Shown: piece by piece, positions 7,910-14,587 of the stretch
Position numbering within the stretch: position 1 is the first letter of the stretch
Layout of the letters: each line of letters starts with the position of its first letter
NCBI GenBank assembly: GCA_030529505.1
Contig: JAUMWT010000012.1
Span: 16,001 to 48,000 of the forward strand
DNA: 32,000 nucleotides
From: Brachymonas sp.
GTDB taxonomy: Bacteria > Pseudomonadota > Gammaproteobacteria > Burkholderiales > Burkholderiaceae_C
Direction: 5' to 3'
Program-made: the position numbers and the translations under genes
Notes under the pieces: generated by a model
Told to the model about the DNA's origin: nothing
Databases searched by the model: none
The model's input: only the letters and a program-made list of their open reading frames with translations

Positions 7910-9259
7910 TCACTCTTTCCCTGTAGTCACTGATCGCCGCTCCGCCACCACGGCAGGCGTGTGTTCCATGTAGATCGTGCGCGGGCGCGTTGGCTCGGCA
8001 ACGTTCACGCTGCGCAGGTGTCTATCATCAGAATAGGCACCTGTTGCACTGTCCATCACCAACGGCCTATCTGCTGCACCGCTGGCAAGCGGCGGCGGAT
8101 CGCAAGTCACAGCACGTTTTTTCGCACCGGGGTACTCCAACACACCGAGGCAATGCGCAAAGCGCTTCCACGTGTAACCCGCAGCCTCTAAATCCTTGTC
8201 GGTAACCTCGAAGAACGTTTGCCCGCCCTCGCTCACCACGAAGGCCGTCAACTCTTTCGCGCCCATCTTCAGGTGTCCCACTTGATGGATCAACTTGCCC
8301 ATGAGTGGTTCAAAGGGTTCTTCTTTTTTTTCTGGCTCGGCAGGCTGCGAGGCAGGCGCTTGCGGCAGCGGAGCGGCCGAAATCAGCACGGGCACCGGCT
8401 CTTTGCTTTGTTCGACTGTTTGCTTTGCTTTTGGCTCATCGGGCAATTTCACGCCCCAAAAGCTGTAGCCCTGCTTCGGCCAGAAGGCCCAGATCACGAA
8501 GGCGGCGCCTACCGTCAAGAACGCATAGGCAGCGCGCTTGATCTTGACGATCTTCGGAGACACATCAGACAAACCCGCTTCTTGCACCGTCTGGCTTTGC
8601 GTGTGGCTTTTGTAGAAGGGGAAGATGGTCGGGTCATACTTTCGCGTTTCTCTGCTCAATTCCGCACCACGGTAGCCACCGTGGACACGCCTTATGTACT
8701 CGCCCTTTTTGCCCAAGATGTCAGCTTTTCGGAGCTTGATAAGGCTGGCGAGCAAGATGCTCAAGGAACCATGCACATCACGCCAGCTTTGTGTGATGCC
8801 GGTGACGTCTGCGCCGAAGTGGCGCGAGAGCTTGGCCCACTGGATCACTTCTTTCAATTCCTTGGGCGGCATCAAGCCCTTGGGCCAAGCGTTGTGACAC
8901 TCATCGACCACGTAGAGCGGGCCTATGCCGCCCTCGCCACGCCATTCATCGTAGAAGTCCCACACGTGGCCAAACACGGGTACATCGGGCGGGTTTTCTG
9001 TGCGACCATCTTCGAAGAGCCTGAACGCCATTTCGCCACGGCTGGCTGCGTCAGCGTCCCAAGTCCCCCTGATTGGTTGCGGGAACTTGCGCACTTCAAT
9101 CAGAGCCGCCCAATCCGGGTTGATGGCCCTGATCTGATCTATTTGAAGGGGCAGATTGGTGATGACTTTTCGGCCAGCTTTGAGCGCGGGCAGGATGTGG
9201 TAATGCACGGCCTCATAACTTTTGCCGGAGCCGGGGATTCCTTCAATTCCAGACCACAT
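7910..9259 (-). CDS. Zot-like assembly ATPase (inovirus pI)
   Basis: 449 aa. N-terminal Walker A GIPGSGKSY in the context MWSGIEGIPGSGKSYEAVHYHILPALKAGRKVITNL, typical of the Zot/pI family. Central TM helix AYAFLTVGAAFVIWAFW. It is the last gene of the structural/assembly block. Confidence 0.9.
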   Translation of the reverse strand: MWSGIEGIPGSGKSYEAVHYHILPALKAGRKVITNLPLQIDQIRAINPDWAALIEVRKFPQPIRGTWDADAASRGEMAFRLFEDGRTENPPDVPVFGHVWDFYDEWRGEGGIGPLYVVDECHNAWPKGLMPPKELKEVIQWAKLSRHFGADVTGITQSWRDVHGSLSILLASLIKLRKADILGKKGEYIRRVHGGYRGAELSRETRKYDPTIFPFYKSHTQSQTVQEAGLSDVSPKIVKIKRAAYAFLTVGAAFVIWAFWPKQGYSFWGVKLPDEPKAKQTVEQSKEPVPVLISAAPLPQAPASQPAEPEKKEEPFEPLMGKLIHQVGHLKMGAKELTAFVVSEGGQTFFEVTDKDLEAAGYTWKRFAHCLGVLEYPGAKKRAVTCDPPPLASGAADRPLVMDSATGAYSDDRHLRSVNVAEPTRPRTIYMEHTPAVVAERRSVTTGKE

Positions 9260-9263
9260 TTTT

Positions 9264-9578
9264 TTATCTACCTATGAAAGGAATGAAACGCAAACTTTTG
9301 CGAACACCGATAGCAGCCACAACAACCGATGCCGCTTGACCAATACCCAAAAGACCCAGCACGTTGAGCACTTCAGAGGGCAACTCACCCCAGCCCGTCA
9401 CACCATCCAAAGCGGAAAGATCAATCTCTCTCAAAGCATCTATTCCAATCTCCAAGAACTTTTCAAAGAGCCAAGCAAAAATGTCTTTGAAGATGTCCCA
9501 AAGTGCCTTGAATATGTTTTTGAACAGATCCGCAAACCACTGGATCATGTCAATGAGTGCTTTTTTCAGCCAATCCAT
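9264..9578 (-). CDS. Minor coat protein candidate (pVI-like)
   Basis: 104 aa, amphipathic/hydrophobic (LGLLGIGQAASVVVAAIGV). Sits immediately upstream of zot and downstream of the pIII-like gene, as gVI does in Ff-type genomes. Assignment is by position and composition only. Confidence 0.5.
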   Translation of the reverse strand: MDWLKKALIDMIQWFADLFKNIFKALWDIFKDIFAWLFEKFLEIGIDALREIDLSALDGVTGWGELPSEVLNVLGLLGIGQAASVVVAAIGVRKSLRFIPFIGR

Positions 9579-9580
9579 GC

Positions 9581-9712
9581 TTAGGCCCTAAAAACAATCC
9601 TGTGAGCAAGAATCAGTGCACACACCATCACGATTGCACGCAAGATGGGCCAGATGGTGCAGGGCGGCGCAAGGTTCAGCAATCCAAAATTCATTCCCTT
9701 GCCCCAGTTCAT
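9581..9712 (-). CDS. 43-aa membrane-anchor segment, in frame with the pIII-like ORF
   Basis: MNWGKGMNFGLLNLAPPCTIWPILRAIVMVCALILAHRIVFRA: one TM helix plus a short basic tail. Its ATG is 3 codons after the TAG (9722-9724) that ends the pIII-like ORF, in the same reading frame, with no Shine-Dalgarno. Below the 60-aa cut-off of the ORF track. Confidence 0.45.
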   Translation of the reverse strand: MNWGKGMNFGLLNLAPPCTIWPILRAIVMVCALILAHRIVFRA

Positions 9713-9721
9713 ATCAATCTG

Positions 9722-10867
9722 CTATTTCGGACAAGTGCCGCTATTCACTGTGGGCATCAAACGTTTGGATAACTGGCCCAATTTGGTGTTTTGCAACTGG
9801 CCTTTTTTCTGATCCCACACACCCTTGATGCCGTTTTTGTAACGTGGCTCATAAAGGCCGGGATGCTTGCCGAAGGATGGGCCAGCGCCGTCTTCGCCTT
9901 TGTCCTTGTCGCCTTTGCCATCGCCCTTGCCCTTGCCCTTTCCGTCACCTTTTCCACCACCCCAGCCGCTGCCGAAACCCGGACCGGTGCCTGTTCCTTT
10001 GCCCGGGCCATTTCCGCCACCCGAACCACCGCCAGAGCCGCCACCGCTGCCCGGGCCTGTGCCGCTGCCTTGGCCGTTTCCATTGCCAGTTCCTTGACCG
10101 TCGCCAGAGCCACTATTTCCGTTGCCGGTTCCTTGCCCATTTCCTGAACCATCATCATTTGAATCACCAGGGTTAGACGGCTTCGGCGGGCTGCCCGAAT
10201 CGCCGCAGGGCACACAAACGCGCTTGCCATTAACAATGCCCGGACACTGGTTTTTGCTGATAGGACAGACCAATGGCTCTTCTGGCTCCTTTGGCTTTGG
10301 CATTTCTTCTTTTGGAGGTTTTGGGGTGTCTGGCTGCGGGTTTTGCTCTTCATCAAGTGACACTCCACCACCTTTGCATTGTCCACCTGTGTAAGTCACG
10401 CCCTCAACGCCAAAAGTGCAACTTGTTTCTTCGCAAACGTCTACTGAAAATGAACCTTTAATGACACAGCCATCTTGACAAAGTGATATTGGCCCTTTCC
10501 CTCTACTCAGCAAACGATCAACATTCTCTTTTCCAGTAACGGTTGCACTGGCTGTGCCGTCTCCATGTTTTTGGCCTTTTTGGGCGGCGCATTTATTCTT
10601 TTTGCAGCCCCTCTTAAAAAGAGAAGTTCCACCCTCAGCCCCTCTAGAATTCACAATATAAACACATGTATCAGGACCCGATCGCTTATAAGAAAGTGTA
10701 AACCCCTGATAACTTGACTGTATATACGTCATATAGTTCCGACACGCCTGCTCGTGTGACTCAAACCACGTCTCAGAACGTGAATGCCTGAATTCAAAAC
10801 AACTTTCTTCAGCAAGAACTGGCGCAGCAAGCACAAACAAAAAAATTGCCGTTATTTGTTTTTTCAT
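9722..10867 (-). CDS. Adsorption/minor coat protein candidate (pIII-like), lacking its own C-terminal anchor
   Basis: 381 aa. Signal peptide MKKQITAIFLFVLAAPVLA, Cys-rich N-terminal half, ~95-aa Gly/Ser/Asn/Lys-rich linker. Located between the major coat gene and the pVI-like/Zot genes. Ends at TAG. Confidence 0.6.
   Translation of the reverse strand: MKKQITAIFLFVLAAPVLAEESCFEFRHSRSETWFESHEQACRNYMTYIQSSYQGFTLSYKRSGPDTCVYIVNSRGAEGGTSLFKRGCKKNKCAAQKGQKHGDGTASATVTGKENVDRLLSRGKGPISLCQDGCVIKGSFSVDVCEETSCTFGVEGVTYTGGQCKGGGVSLDEEQNPQPDTPKPPKEEMPKPKEPEEPLVCPISKNQCPGIVNGKRVCVPCGDSGSPPKPSNPGDSNDDGSGNGQGTGNGNSGSGDGQGTGNGNGQGSGTGPGSGGGSGGGSGGGNGPGKGTGTGPGFGSGWGGGKGDGKGKGKGDGKGDKDKGEDGAGPSFGKHPGLYEPRYKNGIKGVWDQKKGQLQNTKLGQLSKRLMPTVNSGTCPK
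9865..10150 (-). repeat. Gly-rich low-complexity coding repeats (pIII-like linker)
   Basis: Encodes GSGNGQGTGNGNSGSGDGQGTGNGNGQGSGTGPGSGGGSGGGSGGGNGPGKGTGTGPGFGSGWGGGKGDGKGKGKGDGKGDK. Degenerate short tandem units at the DNA level. Confidence 0.8.
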
Positions 10868-10880
10868 TTTGTTTTCTCAC

Positions 10881-10973
10881 TTATTTGATAAATGACAGAA
10901 AACAAAATGCCCCGATTGCACCAATCAGCGCGAAGATCACGTGGATCAATACAATCAGGGCAAGGGTGAGCAT
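10881..10973 (-). CDS. 30-aa hydrophobic micro-ORF between the coat and pIII-like genes
   Basis: MLTLALIVLIHVIFALIGAIGAFCFLSFIK. ATG lies 8 nt after the coat gene stop, and the stop lies 13 nt before the pIII-like start. Weak SD. Below the ORF-track cut-off. Confidence 0.35.
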   Translation of the reverse strand: MLTLALIVLIHVIFALIGAIGAFCFLSFIK

Positions 10974-10981
10974 AGCGAGGC

Positions 10982-11212
10982 TTAGATGTTGCCGATCACA
11001 CGCTTGGCCACGCTCACGGCTTTGATGGCAAAGTAGATGCCGACCACAACCAGACCCACGGCAGCCACCTTGGTTGCTGCGCCGCTCAAGCCAATGCCTT
11101 CCAACAGCGTGGTCACGGGGTCAGCGGCAAAGGCGGTGTTGGCCAGCATGCCAGCACCAGCCACGACGGGCACCAGATAACGGCTTTTAACGTTTGCGAG
11201 AGTTTTTTGCAT
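10982..11212 (-). CDS. Major coat protein (pVIII-like)
   Basis: 76 aa. Signal peptide ending AFA, then a mature ~47-aa peptide with an acidic N-terminus (ADPVTTLLEG), a hydrophobic core (VAAVGLVVVGIYFAI) and a basic C-terminus (KAVSVAKRVIGNI). This is the classic inovirus coat architecture. Confidence 0.8.
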   Translation of the reverse strand: MQKTLANVKSRYLVPVVAGAGMLANTAFAADPVTTLLEGIGLSGAATKVAAVGLVVVGIYFAIKAVSVAKRVIGNI

Positions 11213-11230
11213 AACAGTTCCTTTCTGTTC

Positions 11231-11258
11231 AATTTTTCAAAAGGTGCGAAATTGCACC
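11231..11258 (-). terminator. Terminator/attenuator-like hairpin just upstream of the coat gene
   Basis: On the minus strand GGTGC-aatttc-GCACC is followed by TTTTGAAAAATT. A second hairpin aaaccca/tgggttt lies at 11262-11281. Confidence 0.4.
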
Positions 11259-11316
11259 CCAAAACCCACCAAAATGGGTTTCAGGCTGGAATTTCTTTCA
11301 GCAATGATCGTAAAAA

Positions 11317-11472
11317 TCAATCCATCATGTCGCTAAATCCATCTTCGTATCCGGCATCATAAACCTCATCAAAAAACACTTCCTCTGCATCCGCTAAACC
11401 GTCCTCATATCCTTCTTCGTATATTTTGTCTATTTTCCGTTCGTAAAGCCAATCAGAAATTGAAGAAAACAT
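11317..11472 (-). CDS. 51-aa highly acidic micro-ORF
   Basis: MFSSISDWLYERKIDKIYEEGYEDGLADAEEVFFDEVYDAGYEDGFSDMMD. AAAGGA lies ~7 nt upstream of the ATG. AT-richer than the surrounding DNA. Below the ORF-track cut-off. Confidence 0.4.
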   Translation of the reverse strand: MFSSISDWLYERKIDKIYEEGYEDGLADAEEVFFDEVYDAGYEDGFSDMMD

Positions 11473-11545
11473 AATCAATCCTTTCAATCAATAAACACAA
11501 AAAATGGATGGCATGAATCGCAGCTATTGCATATTCGTACTTCAT
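11453..11545 (-). CDS. 30-aa micro-ORF (pVII/pIX-sized)
   Basis: MKYEYAIAAIHAIHFLCLLIERIDYVFFNF. Its ATG overlaps the stop of the upstream ORF (ATGA at 11542-11545). It is the last 30 codons of track ORF 11453..11815, whose upstream part I consider spurious. Confidence 0.3.
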   Translation of the reverse strand: MKYEYAIAAIHAIHFLCLLIERIDYVFFNF

Positions 11546-11754
11546 AGCTGGCTGATGATTATTTTTGCAATGCCCACGGCATAACCCGATAGCCCCAAGC
11601 TCATGACGATTGCAAAGCCCAGCGCAACGGATTTGCTGATGCTTTCGGCTGTGATGCCGAGCGCTTGGAGGTTTTCCGTAGTCAGAAGCAATATCCGGTT
11701 TTGAAATTCCAGCGGGCAGGGCATTGCTGCGTTTTGGCACTCGAACAGGTACAT
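11542..11754 (-). CDS. Small membrane protein (70 aa)
   Basis: From ATG 11754 (the track ORF extends to 11790): MYLFECQNAAMPCPLEF...VALGFAIVMSLGLSGYAVGIAKIIISQL, with a C-terminal TM helix. Confidence 0.45.
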   Translation of the reverse strand: MYLFECQNAAMPCPLEFQNRILLLTTENLQALGITAESISKSVALGFAIVMSLGLSGYAVGIAKIIISQL

Positions 11755-11811
11755 GGCTATTCCTAAAAATCGCCCCCCACTGCCCAGCACGCTGGGTAGG
11801 TGGTTGCGATC

Positions 11812-12147
11812 TCAATCGGCAATGGCTTCCAAGGTGATATCTACGGGCGTCACCATGCTGATTTCGCCTGTTTCCTTGTCGGTGAACTTGAAGGGTTTAC
11901 GGCGGTATCCACCCAGCTTGCACAGCTGGCGGATTTCTTCGTCACGCTGGCCCAGGCGTCTGCTGCTTTTGATGACGACGACCGAGGGCGAGCTGTATTG
12001 ATCGGTGGCCGGGCAGATGACGGTGGTGTAAATCGACTTGTCATAGCTGCGGACGTTTTCAACCTTGCCAAACACCATCACTTGCATGGGCTTGATGCCG
12101 ATGGCGGGTTGGTTGGCGGGTGCTGCTGTACTCATTTCAATCTCCAT
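11812..12147 (-). CDS. ssDNA-binding protein candidate (pV-like)
   Basis: 111 aa, or 107 aa from ATG 12135, which has GGAG 7 nt upstream. Lies immediately downstream of the rep gene, and its size fits gV. No motif recognised, so the assignment is positional. Confidence 0.45.
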   Translation of the reverse strand: MEIEMSTAAPANQPAIGIKPMQVMVFGKVENVRSYDKSIYTTVICPATDQYSSPSVVVIKSSRRLGQRDEEIRQLCKLGGYRRKPFKFTDKETGEISMVTPVDITLEAIAD

Positions 12148-12151
12148 TTCT

Positions 12152-13342
12152 TCATGCCGCCATGGTCAAAATGCGCGAGTTCGCAGAGAACTCGGCACGG
12201 CTGCGGGCGGGCAGGATGCACAGCCGTGAATCGGTGGGAAGGGGGGCGAAATCCGCGGGCAGCAGGGCATCGTTGGCGACGACGTGCACGTCACTGCCGC
12301 GCCAACTCACGCCTGCTTGTTCCAAGTCGCGGCGGTTCTGGAAAAAGGTGCTGCGGCTGTATTGGCGCTTGGTGGCCTCATCGCCCAGCGTCACCATCGA
12401 CGACCAGAAGCCATACAGGCGCATGCCTTTTTGCTGGCCGTATTCGGTGTTCAGTCGGGTCATCACTTGTTGGGTGGTGCGTACGGTTTGCATGGCTTGC
12501 TTTCCTTCTCGCAGAAGTCGCTCAACTTCGTTTGCGTGTACTTTGTGCAGGTAGTCATCGTTCAAATCCTTAACGCGCGGCTGCTTGCCGAGGTCGTAGA
12601 CAAACTTGTCGGAATGGATGGAAACTTCCACGCGCAGCCGGTTGTTGGCCAGGCGGTGCAGGGCATCGACTTTGCGCGTGGCTTTTTTCAGGTTGTCGGC
12701 GTGTGCGCCGTGGTTGATGTCGTAAAAGGTTTTGAAGAAACCGCGTAGGCGTGCGTAATCGTGGGCTTTGAACTCGGTGCCCTTGTGATACAGCTTGATC
12801 GTGGTGGTGCGGCCGGGGAAATGCGCGGCCATTTCGTAGCGGCTGGCCTTGCGCGTGCGGCGTGGGAATGACAGCAGTTGCAGACCATCGAAGAACTGCT
12901 TGATGGCGGGTTGCGGCAAGGCGTAGACGTGGCTTACGTCCACTTTCAGCACTTGCCAGTTCTGGTAATCGGGCAGCGGCACTTCCAGCAGCTTTTGCAG
13001 AACGTCCACAAAGGCGGAGCAACAGTGCTGGATATCGCTGCTACCGCCAAAAATGTTTTGGCCGTAGAGCACTTTGTGGATGGATGCCTCAACCACTATG
13101 TAGGGCGGGGAATCGACCAAACGCGGGCGGCCAGATCCATCCGTCACCCACTCTTCCTTTTTGGGCTGCACGCTGATGCGGGCGTCCCAACTGCCCATAA
13201 GTTCGCCGGTGTGCAACTCATAGAGCAGTTCGCCGCTTTCCATGTCGGTGCCTTGGCGCAGAATGCACTTGTTCTGGATGCGTTCAAACAGGCCCGGGGA
13301 GAGCAGAAACGGGGAGCGCAGGCGCAGGGTGTCGTAGGCCAC
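12152..13342 (-). CDS. Rolling-circle replication initiation protein (pII-like)
   Basis: 396 aa, GTG start. First large gene of the module and followed by the ssDNA-binding candidate. The N-terminal region (YDTLRLRSPF...EASIHKVLYGQNIFGG) resembles the phage replication-protein family I recall (Phage_CRI type); not searched. Confidence 0.65.
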   Translation of the reverse strand: MAYDTLRLRSPFLLSPGLFERIQNKCILRQGTDMESGELLYELHTGELMGSWDARISVQPKKEEWVTDGSGRPRLVDSPPYIVVEASIHKVLYGQNIFGGSSDIQHCCSAFVDVLQKLLEVPLPDYQNWQVLKVDVSHVYALPQPAIKQFFDGLQLLSFPRRTRKASRYEMAAHFPGRTTTIKLYHKGTEFKAHDYARLRGFFKTFYDINHGAHADNLKKATRKVDALHRLANNRLRVEVSIHSDKFVYDLGKQPRVKDLNDDYLHKVHANEVERLLREGKQAMQTVRTTQQVMTRLNTEYGQQKGMRLYGFWSSMVTLGDEATKRQYSRSTFFQNRRDLEQAGVSWRGSDVHVVANDALLPADFAPLPTDSRLCILPARSRAEFSANSRILTMAA

Positions 13343-13344
13343 TT

Positions 13345-13767
13345 TTACGCCCCTTGGGGAAGGGTTGGGGAAAGGGCCGGAGTCCGAAAGTTCGGACTCT
13401 CGTGCGGTGCTACCACGCCCGCACGAGAAAAATGCACCTCGGGGATGGCAGTGGAAATTTGCGCCGCGTTAAGGGCGCAGTTCTCGCCCGCCGCGCGCTG
13501 CGCATGCAGGCGAGAAACCGCGCCCTCAGCGCACGCGCACATTCCGTCAGCGTGTCCTTGGCAGATTTCAAGAGCAGAGGCTGGGCGGGCAAAGTAGCCA
13601 TCCAGGTGGTTCCAGAGCTTGCCCCACTCTTGGCCGCGGCATTCGAAGCATTCGACGACTTCGGCGCAGATTCCCGTGCCTTGTTTCTTATACTGAACGT
13701 GCAGACGTTCTTTTTTGGTGATTCCGCAGGCGTAGGCTGCGCGGAACAATTCAGCGTGCGTAGCCAT
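13345..13767 (-). CDS. Hypothetical protein upstream of rep (uncertain)
   Basis: 140-aa ORF. The N-terminal half looks protein-like (MATHAELFRAAYACGITKKERLHVQYKKQGTG...). The C-terminal half coincides with inverted repeats (13473-13525, 13381-13400) and may be non-coding. The start is only 10 nt from the divergent gene at 13778. Confidence 0.3.
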   Translation of the reverse strand: MATHAELFRAAYACGITKKERLHVQYKKQGTGICAEVVECFECRGQEWGKLWNHLDGYFARPASALEICQGHADGMCACAEGAVSRLHAQRAAGENCALNAAQISTAIPEVHFSRAGVVAPHESPNFRTPALSPTLPQGA

Positions 13768-13777
13768 AGGAGAAGCT

Positions 13778-14185
13778 ATGAAAAAGTGGATTGGATTGAT
13801 TGCGTGCCTGGCCGTGGGCTGTGCGGTGGCGCAGCCGGTTTACCGTTGCGGCAATACCTACTCGCATGAGCCTTGCCCAGGTGCAAAGCTTGTGGATACG
13901 ACGTACACGGAAGGCGTGGACACCTTGAGCGGCAAGCCGCGTATTCATCACAACGAAAGCATCAAACGAACCTTTCGTGATCTGAGCTACACGGTCAGAG
14001 GCGGAGCCAAGAGTGGGCCTGGCTTTCAGGAGGGGTACGACGCCAGAAGACGCAGAAGTGCGAACAACTTGTCTTACAGCCAGATGCGCGAATGCGAAAA
14101 GCTGGATGAGGCCATGCCACTGGAAAAAAAAGACCCCAACAGGCTGTACGAGCTGCGCTTGCAGTACAGGCGTGGCGGGTGTTGA
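13778..14185 (+). CDS. Secreted small protein (DUF4124-like)
   Basis: 135 aa, GGAGAAG upstream. Signal peptide MKKWIGLIACLAVGCAVA followed by QPVYRCGNTYSHEPCPG, the pattern I associate with DUF4124. C-terminal ...LRLQYRRGGC. Confidence 0.6.
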   Translation: MKKWIGLIACLAVGCAVAQPVYRCGNTYSHEPCPGAKLVDTTYTEGVDTLSGKPRIHHNESIKRTFRDLSYTVRGGAKSGPGFQEGYDARRRRSANNLSYSQMRECEKLDEAMPLEKKDPNRLYELRLQYRRGGC

Positions 14186-14217
14186 TCGGGGTGCTAGCTG
14201 GCTCATGTGCTAAAGTG

Positions 14218-14248
14218 GAATTCGCAAATCACGAAATTCGTAATTTGC
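14218..14248. promoter_or_regulatory. Operator-like repeats upstream of the HTH gene
   Basis: GCAAAT (14224-14229) and ATTTGC (14243-14248) form an inverted repeat 13 nt apart. AATTCG occurs twice. AT-rich stretch 30-60 nt upstream of ATG 14279. Confidence 0.25.
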
Positions 14249-14278
14249 TTAATCTACTTCGACGTGAGGTGTTTGAAA

Positions 14279-14587
14279 ATGCTAGTGAAAACCCTAATTG
14301 ACAAGGCTAAGCAAAAAAGCTTGCTTTCTCAGCGTCAAATGGCAGTGGAACTGCAAACTTGTGACTCTGTTGTCAGTGATTGGAAGAAGGGGAGGAGCCT
14401 GCCAAGCCCCGTCCAGACTGCTTTTCTGGCGAAATTGGCCGGTGTCGATCCGCTTGTGGCCATCGCGGAAATCGAGGCAGAAAAAAAGCCCACAAGCGCG
14501 AGCTTATGGGCTGCCATTGGCGTCAAAATTGGCGGAGACGAAGGGATTCGAACCCTTGATGCAGCTCATCACCGCATACTCCCTTAG
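14279..14587 (+). CDS. HTH (Cro/XRE-like) regulator, putative prophage repressor
   Basis: 102 aa from ATG 14279 (GAGG ~9 nt upstream; the track ORF begins at GTG 14207). Contains LLSQRQMAVELQTCDSVVSDWKKGRSLP, an HTH-like segment. The last ~19 codons read into the tRNA-Ser gene. Confidence 0.55.
   Translation: MLVKTLIDKAKQKSLLSQRQMAVELQTCDSVVSDWKKGRSLPSPVQTAFLAKLAGVDPLVAIAEIEAEKKPTSASLWAAIGVKIGGDEGIRTLDAAHHRILP
14468..14531. repeat. Direct repeat partner of 6315..6378
   Basis: See 6315..6378. Here it encodes the C-terminal part of the HTH protein (EIEAEKKPTSASLWAAIG...). Confidence 0.75.

Larger units (their letters stand above)
6419..14542. mobile_element. Integrated filamentous (Inovirus-type) prophage at tRNA-Ser, serine-recombinase type
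   Basis: Bounded by 13-bp att-like cores. Contains a Zot-like ATPase, pVI-like and pIII-like proteins, a pVIII-like major coat protein, an ssDNA-binding candidate and an RCR Rep in canonical inovirus order on the minus strand, plus a resolvase-type recombinase next to attL. Confidence 0.8.

Noticed and set aside
8219-9277. 352-aa ORF on the plus strand
   Set aside because: Antisense to the Zot-like ATPase, whose Walker A and family context are clear. The translation is low-complexity.
9865-10150. Short tandem-like DNA repeats, considered as a possible CRISPR array or VNTR
   Set aside because: The units are degenerate, not spaced by unique spacers, and lie in frame within the pIII-like ORF, encoding a Gly-rich linker. 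This is coding low-complexity sequence.
11453-11815. 120-aa minus-strand ORF
   Set aside because: It overlaps the 70-aa membrane-protein ORF in another frame, with an Arg/His/Pro-rich unnatural translation. Only its last 30 codons (11453-11545) are kept, as a low-confidence micro-ORF.
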